From the IMG/VR virus record IMGVR_UViG_3300044645_002658, positions 1 through 57,085 of that record: a DNA stretch of 57,085 nucleotides. One strand, 5' to 3'. Position numbers and translations under genes: made by a program. Within the stretch, counting starts at the first letter, position 1. Every line of letters starts with the position of its first letter. Positions 45,542 to 55,700 of this stretch are shown here, one piece after another. Below the pieces are notes generated by a model. That model was not told the origin of the DNA. It saw nothing but the letters and a program-made list of their open reading frames with translations, and searched no databases. Origin of the DNA: a virus (taxonomy: Duplodnaviria; Caudoviricetes).

Positions 45542-47407
45542 ATGCAAACTAATCCTCCACCAACAGGACCCACATCTGGGGCTTTGAATCCAAACCAAAT
45601 TAATAATATTAATAATGCCACTGGTACCATTAAGGATATGCAGGCGGCGATAGAGAATGCCTTTAATTCTTTGGCAACAAGGACTGAAGGATTAGAAAGA
45701 CTTTATACAGAGACCAATGCAAGAATAGCAAGAACCTTTGGTACGACACAACAAGCAATTGTTGGGTTAAGACAAGAGTTGGCAATTGCCACACCAGAAA
45801 TAGTTGCTTTGGGAGGAAAGGCGGAAGATGTCGCGACAATACAAGAAGAAATTGCGAAATCATTAAACACAAACGTTATCACTTTGGGTGAAACTGTTTC
45901 AGACTTATTTGCAGCAGGAAAGGCGGTAGGACTTACTGCGGCAGAATCGGGTCAAATGGTTGCTAGTTTCCAAAATGCGGGTATCCAAACAGAATTCATC
46001 AAGGACAACATGCAAGAAACTGTAGATATTGCGAGAAACGTTGGAGTGAACACAAGTGCTGTTTTCGGATTAGTGAATTCAAACTTGGAAAACATTAATA
46101 GATACGGGTTTACCAACGGAGTTCAAGGACTTTCAAGAATGGCCGCACAAGCTGCCGGTTTAAGAATCAATATGAACGAAATTTTTGGTTTTGCCGAAAG
46201 GGTATTCAACCCCGAGGGTGCAATCGAAATGGTTGCATCATTTCAAAGACTTGGAGTCGCAGCCGGTGACTTGGCTGACCCATTTAGACTGATGTATCTT
46301 GCGTCCGAAGATACGGAAGAGTTACAAAACCAAGTGGTTAAAATGACTGAGAAATTTACCTATTTCGATGAGACCACTAAAGAATTCAAAGTTTTCCCGA
46401 ATGCAAAACGCGACATGAGGGAGATTGCCAAGGAAACGGGTATTGCCTACGAGGAGTTAGTTAAGATGTCAATCGGTACACAGAAACTAAACATGATAGG
46501 TAAAGATTTCAAAATTGCCGGACTTAGTGAGGAAGATAAAATGTTAGTAGCTAACTTGGCTACTTACTCTAAAGAAAAAGGTGGATTCTCAGTTAAAGTA
46601 GGAAGAGAAGAAAAATTAGTGTCAGAATTATCTCAAGAGGATATTGAAAAAATTAGTGCACAACCAGCGACTCTCGAAGATATTGCTGAAGCACAACTCA
46701 CCGAAAGTGAACTTCAAACCGCTCTTTTACAAACATTAGTAGATAGAATAGCCTCTGTTGGGGCTGGTGGACGAGCCGCTGCTGATACTCGAGAAGTTTT
46801 AAGAGCCACAATAGCCGCGGGGCGTCAATCTGAAAGTGCGGCTCTTGGAAATCAAAGACGAGGTATTGAAGAATTTGATAAATTCTATCAGGAAACCGGA
46901 AAATCCCTTACAGATTTGATAAGTGGTGAAGGAGGGTTTACTCAAGTGAGTGAGGTGTTCAAAAGAGCTGGTGTGAATTTTGAGACAAGTCTGTCTCAGA
47001 TATCTTCAGCTATCGGAAACGTCGATTATAGTGGTGTTGCAAGTAAGTATATAAGTTCCGGTAACAAAATTGCTGAGGGTGCTAGTGCCGCTTTTGACAA
47101 AATTATTGATGTAAGTCAAAAAGCATCCGCAAAAATCGAAGAATTATTTGATGTAAAATTACCAAGTGTTACAAGTGCAACATCTGTCCAACCAACGAAA
47201 GTTGAATTTGGTGACTTAACGTATACTGGTAATCTCAATATTAATCTCACAACACCAACAGGAACTTTTTCTAACCCTGCTGACATGGACAAACTAACAT
47301 ACGATTTATTTAACAATGAGACATATAGAAAGTCTCTACAAAGTATGATGGGTGAATTTGCCAAACAAGCAAATTATAGCACACTACCAAATTCTGCGAC
47401 AGCATAA
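45542..47407 (+). CDS. Tape measure protein (putative)
   Basis: Ala/Glu/Gln-rich helical 621-aa protein following the tube and chaperone genes. Confidence 0.7.
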   Translation: MQTNPPPTGPTSGALNPNQINNINNATGTIKDMQAAIENAFNSLATRTEGLERLYTETNARIARTFGTTQQAIVGLRQELAIATPEIVALGGKAEDVATIQEEIAKSLNTNVITLGETVSDLFAAGKAVGLTAAESGQMVASFQNAGIQTEFIKDNMQETVDIARNVGVNTSAVFGLVNSNLENINRYGFTNGVQGLSRMAAQAAGLRINMNEIFGFAERVFNPEGAIEMVASFQRLGVAAGDLADPFRLMYLASEDTEELQNQVVKMTEKFTYFDETTKEFKVFPNAKRDMREIAKETGIAYEELVKMSIGTQKLNMIGKDFKIAGLSEEDKMLVANLATYSKEKGGFSVKVGREEKLVSELSQEDIEKISAQPATLEDIAEAQLTESELQTALLQTLVDRIASVGAGGRAAADTREVLRATIAAGRQSESAALGNQRRGIEEFDKFYQETGKSLTDLISGEGGFTQVSEVFKRAGVNFETSLSQISSAIGNVDYSGVASKYISSGNKIAEGASAAFDKIIDVSQKASAKIEELFDVKLPSVTSATSVQPTKVEFGDLTYTGNLNINLTTPTGTFSNPADMDKLTYDLFNNETYRKSLQSMMGEFAKQANYSTLPNSATA

Positions 47408-47421
47408 AATCAATAATATTC

Positions 47422-47428
47422 TATTTAT
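47422..47428 (+). promoter_or_regulatory. TATTTAT putative phage promoter element
   Basis: 17 nt upstream of ATG 47446. Confidence 0.55.
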
Positions 47429-47445
47429 AGGAATATCATAAAAGG

Positions 47446-50400
47446 ATGCCAAGTCAGTTAACCTTTGCCGCAACAAAATTATTAAGAGATAAATTACTCT
47501 TAAGAAACCTTGTTCCCTATAACATACCAGGTGCTTTCACTCCAAGTTCTTCACCAGCATTAGGTCCCTTGGTTCAGAATGACTTTAGTGTCGTAGATTC
47601 TCCAAACTCCCTGATTGGTGCTAATCCATTTGCAAACAATCTTTATAAAAATAACGAGTTCGGTCCTGAAGGTGGTTACGAATTAGATATCGACGGATTA
47701 ATTAATCAATTACAACCCGTTCTACCAAACAGAGGACCATATGGTGCATATCCACCATTTACGAATGCCATCCAAGAATACTCCACGTCTTTTCAGAAAA
47801 GACAATATATCAAAAATGAATATACCCCTGATATAGGATTCATAAGATATTATGATATTGGGGATATTATCAAAGAACAAAAAAATGCTACGTACTGGGA
47901 CCCACCAAGTTTCAGACCCTCAAGTTATTCCCCGTTCGCGGTGTTGTTACAAGCCGACCCTATTGGAGACAACGGACCGGCTTCAGACGACTCGAGAGTT
48001 GCTCAGATTGCTGTAGAAAGACTTAAATATAGTTATCAACAAAGAGTCGACCAAAATGTTCGGGCTCAAACAATTGGTAGAGTAAACATTCTAAATGGAT
48101 TACAAGACCCTATTAATTTATCACAAATTATTGCGGGTAGAAGACCAATTATTGACAGGGATTGGAAAATTACTTCGGGAGGTTCAAATATTATCTCCCA
48201 AGGTATGGATATTGTAGAAAGGATTGCGGGATTCACTTTTCCATTCTCCCCGATACCTGGTGATTATTTTGAACAAGATAATCTGCAAAGAGATTTTAAC
48301 TCAACGCAATCATTAGGTCAAGCCTTGGGGGGTCCTGCGGCTCGAGCTTTGGGTGGTTTATTTGGTCTTTTTGGAAGTCGTCCTAAATCCCCATCACAAG
48401 TATTCTTAGATTATACAGGTTCAGGTCAACGAGCTCAGTTGAATATGAACATAGATATGAACCGTTTCAGACCACAATATAACACAGGTGGTACTGGTAT
48501 TATATCTGCATTAGGAAACGCTATTAGAGCCGGTTTTGCCGACCTATCGAGTCAAGGAACCTATTATGTTGGAAGTCCTGAAAGAGAGCCGACATACCTT
48601 ACTTCTCCTCCTGGTCAAATACCAAAGAATGAATTCGGTGAACAAGTATTAGCACCTGTTTATGGACCTGATATTTTAGGTAAAGATTATGAAGGTGCTG
48701 ACCAAAATTTCCAATTTGGTTTGGCGGGAAGGGCGTATGAAGATGATGGAAATCTTAGTGGTGGATTTTCGTGGGTCAGTGAAAAGTGGGCACCAAATGC
48801 TGGTAGATATCAAAAACCTGGTGGAGATTATGGTGGTGATGACCCTGATTATCCTTTTATTTCAGGACAATTTGAAAATACCCAATCAATCAATTATGAG
48901 TTCAAACCAGGTTCCATTCTTGATGATACACAGAGATTAATTGATTCTGTTCCAAATACAGGTGCACGATTTGGACACGTTGGTAATGCCATAGACCAAA
49001 CTTCAAAGGTTTTCTTTGATGGTTATAAAGAAATTACAAAAGGTTCACAAGTTATTCGTTATTCAGACGGACAATCAAATGTTGGTATTGAGTATTGTCG
49101 ATTATTCGCAAAGGATACTCCTTATATGACCTATAGAGACTTACAGAAATCTGAAGGTAATATTCGTAAGTTTTCATATTCGGTATTAGATTCAACATAT
49201 AATTTGAATATTGTTCCGTACTCATCTAAAGATTCTACAAACATTCTAAATGCCGGAGGTTCAGGTCCAAGAAATGTAAAAAAATACATGTTCTCTATTG
49301 AAAACTTGGCATGGAGAACAGGATATAGACCTGGTTACAGAGTTCAAGATTTACCTGATTGTGAAAAAGGTCCCAATGGAGGAAGAATTATGTGGTTCCC
49401 ACCGTATGATTTACAATTCTCAGAGGATACCAGACCTCAATTTAATGAAACTACCTTCCTTGGAAGGCCAGAGCCAATTTACACATACAAGAGTACATCA
49501 AGAGGTGGAACCTTGAAATGGAAAATTATTGTTGACCATCCATCAATCTTGAATCTAATTGTCAACAAAGTATTGGCAAACGAAGGTGATAGACCAAAAG
49601 TGGATTCTATTGTCAATGCCTTCTTCGCGGGTTGTAAAAAATATGATTTATACGAGTTGGCTAAAATTTATAATACAGTTCCCTTAACCGAACTTCAAGC
49701 TTGGCAAGAAGTTGTAAATAATCCAAACGTTACCCGTGAACAATATACAAGTGCGGTACAGAATGTTAGTACAGAAACGGCAGTTGCACCAACAAGTGGA
49801 GGTGCTACATCAGAGGCTCTATCGGCTGACTTTTTGAATTCGTATCAACAATATGCCTTTTATTTCGAAAATGATATACCTGGTACAAATCCAGCAACAA
49901 CAACATCTACACCATATCAGGCAACATACGATATTTACGTGTCACCTACAAATAAACAACTTTATAGTACAAAGGCAGGTTCAGCTGCAACTACAGTAGA
50001 CCTATTCTTTAGTGATGTTATAACTTCGAATTATGATAAAATGCAAGAGTTGGGGTCTAAAATATTTGACATTCTTCAACAAAAACAAGCATCAAAAGTT
50101 GTTATAGATTTACAAGGAAGTGCTTCTTCACCTCAAACGGAGAGTTATAACCAAAAGTTATCTGAAAGAAGAATAAGTTCTGTTACAAACTTCTTCAAAA
50201 CATTTTCTTTTCCTGGAGCAAAAAGTTTGGAACCCTACATATCAGGAGGTCAATTAGTCTTTAACCCTGTTGCTAAGGGTGAAGTGACAAATGTAACACC
50301 AAAGGGTTCAGGTTCATACGAATCTGTAAATTGTAGTCAGAACCTAACAGGAAATGCTAAAATCTATTCAACCAAGGCAATGTCCTGTAGAGCGGTAATT

Positions 50401-52389
50401 GTTACAAAAATTACTATTGACCCAATACAACCACAACCTGAACCTCAAAATGTTGATGTAAATGCTAATTTAGCTTCCGACGGACTTAAACCACAACCAA
50501 TAAAACCAGGTCAAGAAAACACAAGGAGTGCCGTACAACCTACACAGGCATTATACAAAGGAGCATCCAAAAAACTCCTGAGATATTTGTTGAGTGAATG
50601 TGATTACTTCCAAGTTCTCAAAGAAGAAAATCCGTTTATATACGATTCAATAAAAGAAAAAATCAAATATTTTCAACCAGCTTTCCATTCTATGACACCT
50701 GAAGGGTTGAATGCTCGTTTGACATTCCTTCAACAATGTATGAGACCTGGTGATACAATTCCAACGATTGGTCCAAACGGTGAAAAGTTATACAACGATG
50801 CTACAAACACGGCTTTCGGAGCTCCACCAGTATTAGTTTTAAGGGTTGGTGATTTCTACAACACGAAAATTATTCCTACAAGTTTGAATTTTTCTTACGA
50901 AAAATCATTTGACATGAACCCTGAAGGAATCGGAATGCAACCGATGATTGCCGATGTAACAATGTCATTCAACTTTGTTGGAGGGTCGGGATTGAAAAAT
51001 CCTATCGATACCCTTCAAAATGCTCTATCGTTCAATTATTATGCAAACACGGAAATGTATGATGAAAGAGCGGAAGCCACAGAGGACACTTCCAAGTTAG
51101 ATAAGGAAATTGTGGAGTTTCTCACAAATAATCCACCAACTGTGGGACAATCGAACGTTAACAACCAACAAAAGACCGATGGGGGTAATACAATTGGAAC
51201 ACAAACAATTACAGGGTCAACGTCATCAGGTTCTACGGGAACAATTGGTTATAAGACTTTTGTAGAAAATTTCATCAGTCAAACTGATGGTTATTTCACA
51301 GGTACTTTGAATTTCTTCGACAATATTCTAACAAACTACAACTATGGTATATTGTCTTTGTTAAATTCTAATGGTAGGGGAAATCCTGGGTATAACACAG
51401 GAACTGTCAGTGCCACTACGGTTAATATCTACGGTAAACCGATGAAATACCAACAGTATGTTCAAGAATCGTTTACTAAGTTATTAGCCGAACTAAATGC
51501 GGATAACTTACCAATCTTTACGAGTCCAGGATTTACGAATCCACTTATAACAAATGCTCAAAAGAGATTGTTCAAAAAGAATTATCAACAATACATTCAA
51601 ACCTACCAAAGCGGATTCTTGAATGGTCTGACTCAGAATCTTACAACATTAGTGGAACTCGAACAAACATTGGTTTATAACATCGACAGAATCAATTTTG
51701 TTTTGAGTGGAGCAACTGCCAACACAACAGGATACGATGGAAAAATAAACGAAAAAAATGTTGCCCTGATTTACAGTACAACAGGAACAACTGAAACGGT
51801 TGGAGGGGCTTCTGTTAATACATTGAATCAGTTGGGTACCGATATTGGAACAATATCAAATAACTTAAATCAGTTCTTAACAGATTTGACTTCATACGAG
51901 TTATATAATCAAACAAGTTTTGACACAAAGACTTTCTTTTATACTCCACCCGCAAGTGAAAATGTTACCAATACTGAATTGAGTACTAATGTTGCTAAGT
52001 TGGAATACATGTTGATGTCAAGAGCTATGTTGGTCCCTGCAAATAAGAAAGGATTCATGGATAGTTTGGTTCTTGGTTTGGACCAAGCAACCACAAATGC
52101 TGTTAACTTCTTCTACGATGGACTAGGTAACAACGATTCGAGATTCAATAAGTGGACACGTGTTAATACCGCCAACAAAGAACTTCTAACTACTTTTAGA
52201 ACAAGCACCACAGGAGTATCATACGAAGATTACAAACCAACAATCCAACCAAATCAAACAAGAATTTTGGTATTTTCTGAAGATTTATTGGCACCACAAA
52301 CTAAGAAAACACAGTTACAAAATATCTACTCAGGTAAAAACGATACCGCTTTACCAACACCATACAATTTGAAACGAAAATTTAATTAA
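47446..52389 (+). CDS. Large baseplate/tail-tube-initiator-like protein with an internal OmpA-like domain
   Basis: FPPYDLQFSE...FLGRPEPIYTY..TSR and PPVLVLRVGDF...IIPTSLNFSY are tube-initiator-like; YFENDIP...LQGSAS...YNQKLSERR...GE...CRAV is OmpA C-terminal-like. Confidence 0.65.
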   Translation: MPSQLTFAATKLLRDKLLLRNLVPYNIPGAFTPSSSPALGPLVQNDFSVVDSPNSLIGANPFANNLYKNNEFGPEGGYELDIDGLINQLQPVLPNRGPYGAYPPFTNAIQEYSTSFQKRQYIKNEYTPDIGFIRYYDIGDIIKEQKNATYWDPPSFRPSSYSPFAVLLQADPIGDNGPASDDSRVAQIAVERLKYSYQQRVDQNVRAQTIGRVNILNGLQDPINLSQIIAGRRPIIDRDWKITSGGSNIISQGMDIVERIAGFTFPFSPIPGDYFEQDNLQRDFNSTQSLGQALGGPAARALGGLFGLFGSRPKSPSQVFLDYTGSGQRAQLNMNIDMNRFRPQYNTGGTGIISALGNAIRAGFADLSSQGTYYVGSPEREPTYLTSPPGQIPKNEFGEQVLAPVYGPDILGKDYEGADQNFQFGLAGRAYEDDGNLSGGFSWVSEKWAPNAGRYQKPGGDYGGDDPDYPFISGQFENTQSINYEFKPGSILDDTQRLIDSVPNTGARFGHVGNAIDQTSKVFFDGYKEITKGSQVIRYSDGQSNVGIEYCRLFAKDTPYMTYRDLQKSEGNIRKFSYSVLDSTYNLNIVPYSSKDSTNILNAGGSGPRNVKKYMFSIENLAWRTGYRPGYRVQDLPDCEKGPNGGRIMWFPPYDLQFSEDTRPQFNETTFLGRPEPIYTYKSTSRGGTLKWKIIVDHPSILNLIVNKVLANEGDRPKVDSIVNAFFAGCKKYDLYELAKIYNTVPLTELQAWQEVVNNPNVTREQYTSAVQNVSTETAVAPTSGGATSEALSADFLNSYQQYAFYFENDIPGTNPATTTSTPYQATYDIYVSPTNKQLYSTKAGSAATTVDLFFSDVITSNYDKMQELGSKIFDILQQKQASKVVIDLQGSASSPQTESYNQKLSERRISSVTNFFKTFSFPGAKSLEPYISGGQLVFNPVAKGEVTNVTPKGSGSYESVNCSQNLTGNAKIYSTKAMSCRAVIVTKITIDPIQPQPEPQNVDVNANLASDGLKPQPIKPGQENTRSAVQPTQALYKGASKKLLRYLLSECDYFQVLKEENPFIYDSIKEKIKYFQPAFHSMTPEGLNARLTFLQQCMRPGDTIPTIGPNGEKLYNDATNTAFGAPPVLVLRVGDFYNTKIIPTSLNFSYEKSFDMNPEGIGMQPMIADVTMSFNFVGGSGLKNPIDTLQNALSFNYYANTEMYDERAEATEDTSKLDKEIVEFLTNNPPTVGQSNVNNQQKTDGGNTIGTQTITGSTSSGSTGTIGYKTFVENFISQTDGYFTGTLNFFDNILTNYNYGILSLLNSNGRGNPGYNTGTVSATTVNIYGKPMKYQQYVQESFTKLLAELNADNLPIFTSPGFTNPLITNAQKRLFKKNYQQYIQTYQSGFLNGLTQNLTTLVELEQTLVYNIDRINFVLSGATANTTGYDGKINEKNVALIYSTTGTTETVGGASVNTLNQLGTDIGTISNNLNQFLTDLTSYELYNQTSFDTKTFFYTPPASENVTNTELSTNVAKLEYMLMSRAMLVPANKKGFMDSLVLGLDQATTNAVNFFYDGLGNNDSRFNKWTRVNTANKELLTTFRTSTTGVSYEDYKPTIQPNQTRILVFSEDLLAPQTKKTQLQNIYSGKNDTALPTPYNLKRKFN

Positions 52390-52709
52390 TGGATTTATAT
52401 TACAACAGATATCAACAATTTTTCGTTAATGGGGAACAGACCGTTGTCCCGTTCATTTCTTTGCCAAGTAAGACCACAGACCAAAGATACATTTATAGAA
52501 CTGGTATTAGTAGGTTAGATAAAGTTTCCCAAGAATATTATGGAACTCCTTTTTTTGGTTGGCTAATATTACAGGCGAATCCACAATATGGGGGATTGGA
52601 ATGGAATATACCGAATAACTCTATATTGACTATCCCATACCCGCTAGTATCTTCATTACAAGACTATAAAAATGGTGTAGACCAATATTTCTTCTATTAT
52701 GGCAGGTGA
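52389..52709 (+). CDS. Baseplate wedge protein, LysM-like (T4 gp53/tail X-like)
   Basis: RLDKVSQEYYGTPFFGWLILQANP...IP...LTIP. Confidence 0.75.
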   Translation: MDLYYNRYQQFFVNGEQTVVPFISLPSKTTDQRYIYRTGISRLDKVSQEYYGTPFFGWLILQANPQYGGLEWNIPNNSILTIPYPLVSSLQDYKNGVDQYFFYYGR

Positions 52710-55700
52710 GAATTCGAGTTACAATGATAATATATTTGTTGATTTTGACTGTCAAAATATTGTCTTAGTAGACCCAAACAAAATACAACAGGCGGACGGC
52801 ACTGTCAGAGAAAGACAAATACACCCTGAAGAATTTGTTATGTACGCCAACTTGGAAGCAAAAGTTCTTCCAAGAACAAAACTTGCTGTTGGGGCACCTA
52901 TTGATGATGCGGTACAAAACGTACAACTTGCCTCCATCAACTTTTTAAGACCTGGCGGTAAAACAAGATTGGATAATTCCTACTTGGATGAAATCACAGG
53001 ATTGAACGCTGTTAATGGTAAAGGAACAAATCAACCAGGTAAGGCAAACATTCAAGTAGAAAACAAACCCAACGAATTTTATATCAAACAAAATACTCTT
53101 AATTCAATGGACACAGGTCTGATGGGTATAGAATCTATTAGAGTAAAAAATACCCGAAGTGCCACACCAACAGTTGAAATGGTTTTAATTGACACTCAAG
53201 GTAGAGCTTTGTTTGAGAAAGGAGAAAATTCTGAATATGCGGCATTCTTCAATTTACCTTACCCTATATTTTATTTGACTATGAAAGGGTACTATGGTAA
53301 GGCGATTAAATACCAACTTATTCTTACAAATTTCTCGGCAGCTTTTGAAGGTAACACGGGAAACTATAGAATTAGTTTGAAGTTTTATTCTTACAAATAC
53401 ACCATTTTGGCTGAGACACAAGTAGGTGCTTTGTTCGCAACTCCTTTTATGTATACCTCTGACTTTAAGGTTACCGCAACGGGCGCTGAACCACCATCAG
53501 TGCAAGCCGCTCGGGCCTCGGTGGGTAATACAACAAGTCCTACTGTAAATGTCAGGACAACAAAGGGTGCTGGTTTTATCAAAAATATGTATTCAAAATA
53601 CAAAGCTTTGAATTTGATATCCAAAGATTTACCTGAACTTTCTTTACCTGAATTAAGGGCTAGATTGGACGTTTTAGAAAAAAATCTGCTAGAGAGTTTC
53701 GGACAAGAGGATTTTACACCACTCTCGAATATTCAGAGTTATTTCAAATTGATTCAAGAATTCCAAGAGGATGTATTTTCATCAAATGCCAACTCGTGGT
53801 TTTCACAATTTATTGACCCTAACAAGACTTTCGTTTACAAAACTCGTAAAAACGACAAAGAATTTATCACCACATCATACGTTTTTAATGAAAAAACAAT
53901 TGCTTCTGAACAAACTCGACAAGATGCTATTGCAACTTTAAGAAGAATTGTTAATGAATACAAAACCCAACTTAATAAAAACCCTACACTTGGTTTACAA
54001 GGTAGTTTTACTGTTGAAGGAATCACAGATACATCCGTCAGGGTTAAAAAGTTAAAGAATATATTCGTAAACGACCCATTGAAAGGTTTAGACCAAGATG
54101 GTGCGGTTATTCCTGACACGTTTAGAAAATCAATTACCATTGAAGAAATCGATTGGGCGGCGACTTATGCGGTTAGAAATAAAATTAAGGGGACTGAGTT
54201 ACAGGTTAGTGCTTTGAAAGTTGAAGAGGGGGTAAAATATTTCAGAACTCAAGCGATAAAATTGGAAAACCAACCTGTCCTTTTACCAACATATAATTTT
54301 GTATTTGAAGGGAATGATTATTTCTCTGGAATAATTTCGTTGATAAATAATGAAATTAATCAAGCTAAAGAAAAAGTTCTATTAGCTCTCAGTGCGTTCT
54401 TGGAAAAGAAAATTGAAGGGCCAAATGGTATTGGATTTAGACCTTCCATTAAAAATATTATGGCTATGATTTTTGCTTCCCTTGAAGCATTTTATCTAAT
54501 GATGGACGATGTCCACACACAAGCATGGGGTCAAAGACTAAATAAAATTCGTAAACAAGCGGTCTTTAATCAGGTCACCACATCTGCGAGTTCTGATGGT
54601 AAAAACAATACACCATTTACAGTCAATGCCAACAACGGTCTTGCGGAAGTCCCAGTCTATCCTTGGCCTCAATACATCGTGAATACAAATTCGCCTGATG
54701 GTGAACAATATGAATTGAGGTATCCTGGTGCTCCAAGTGAAATTTCCAAGACTGGTGCTAATAATTACGAGGCTTGGCCGGAAGTCCAATTTGTTGAAGA
54801 ATACATTAGAGGTTTGGCAAGAACGGCTGATAACCCCCCGATACCAACGAGTGATAATAATGAATCAAGAAGTATCAGAAGATTGTCAGTAAACGGTGTT
54901 GAATTCCCGATGACAAATTTTCCGTACAGTGATTATCAAGCTGTAAAATTTTTGTATGAAATTTATGAGAGAGTAATTTTAGCTGCTTATTGGGACAGAT
55001 TGGGTAAAGATGGTTCAAATTCTTTGGAGGTTTACAAAGCTTTGTCTGATATTGAATCTTTGAATATTCAGACATCCCTATTGGGTACTAGTCCACAATT
55101 GACTAAGATACTCAAAAATATCGCATTTACTCCTGTAAACTATTTGGGTGTATTAAGACAATCATCTAATGATGGAACAGGACCTTCTTGGCAACAACTC
55201 ATTAGGGGAGAATTTACTTCTGAATATCTGAGAGGAATTACTGATGTGGATTTTTCTTTATTATCAAACGACGTAATTAAAAACTCGGCACTGAATACAA
55301 ACCAGCAGACTGAGTCGTTGACAAAGATTTCAGAATATATCAAATCCTCGACATCAACAACTACAGACATTACTGACCTTTATCCTTTTACTGACACCAC
55401 ATGGAATTCCCAAAATTTGTCAGGGTATAAATTATCTACTAATGTCTACAATACAACTCAAAGTTTGTTCCTGAATGAGTCGAATCGGTTTATATGTAAT
55501 TTCCAAACTGACGAAAGTTATGATTCCTTGTTGAACAGTGCAATAGAAACTAGTTTGAATACTGGTAATCGTACAGCTCAGAATGGATTATCAGGTGTTA
55601 ACAAACCATATACAAACGGATTCAACATAGAAAGTCCGAATTTGACAAACTCAAATGGACAGACGGTAAACTTATCAGCATTCTATACTGACCGAATAAT

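Noticed and set aside
39935-52709. Bacterial contractile injection system or tailocin
   Set aside because: Neck genes, a DNA polymerase, helicase, dUTPase and PhoH indicate a complete phage genome.
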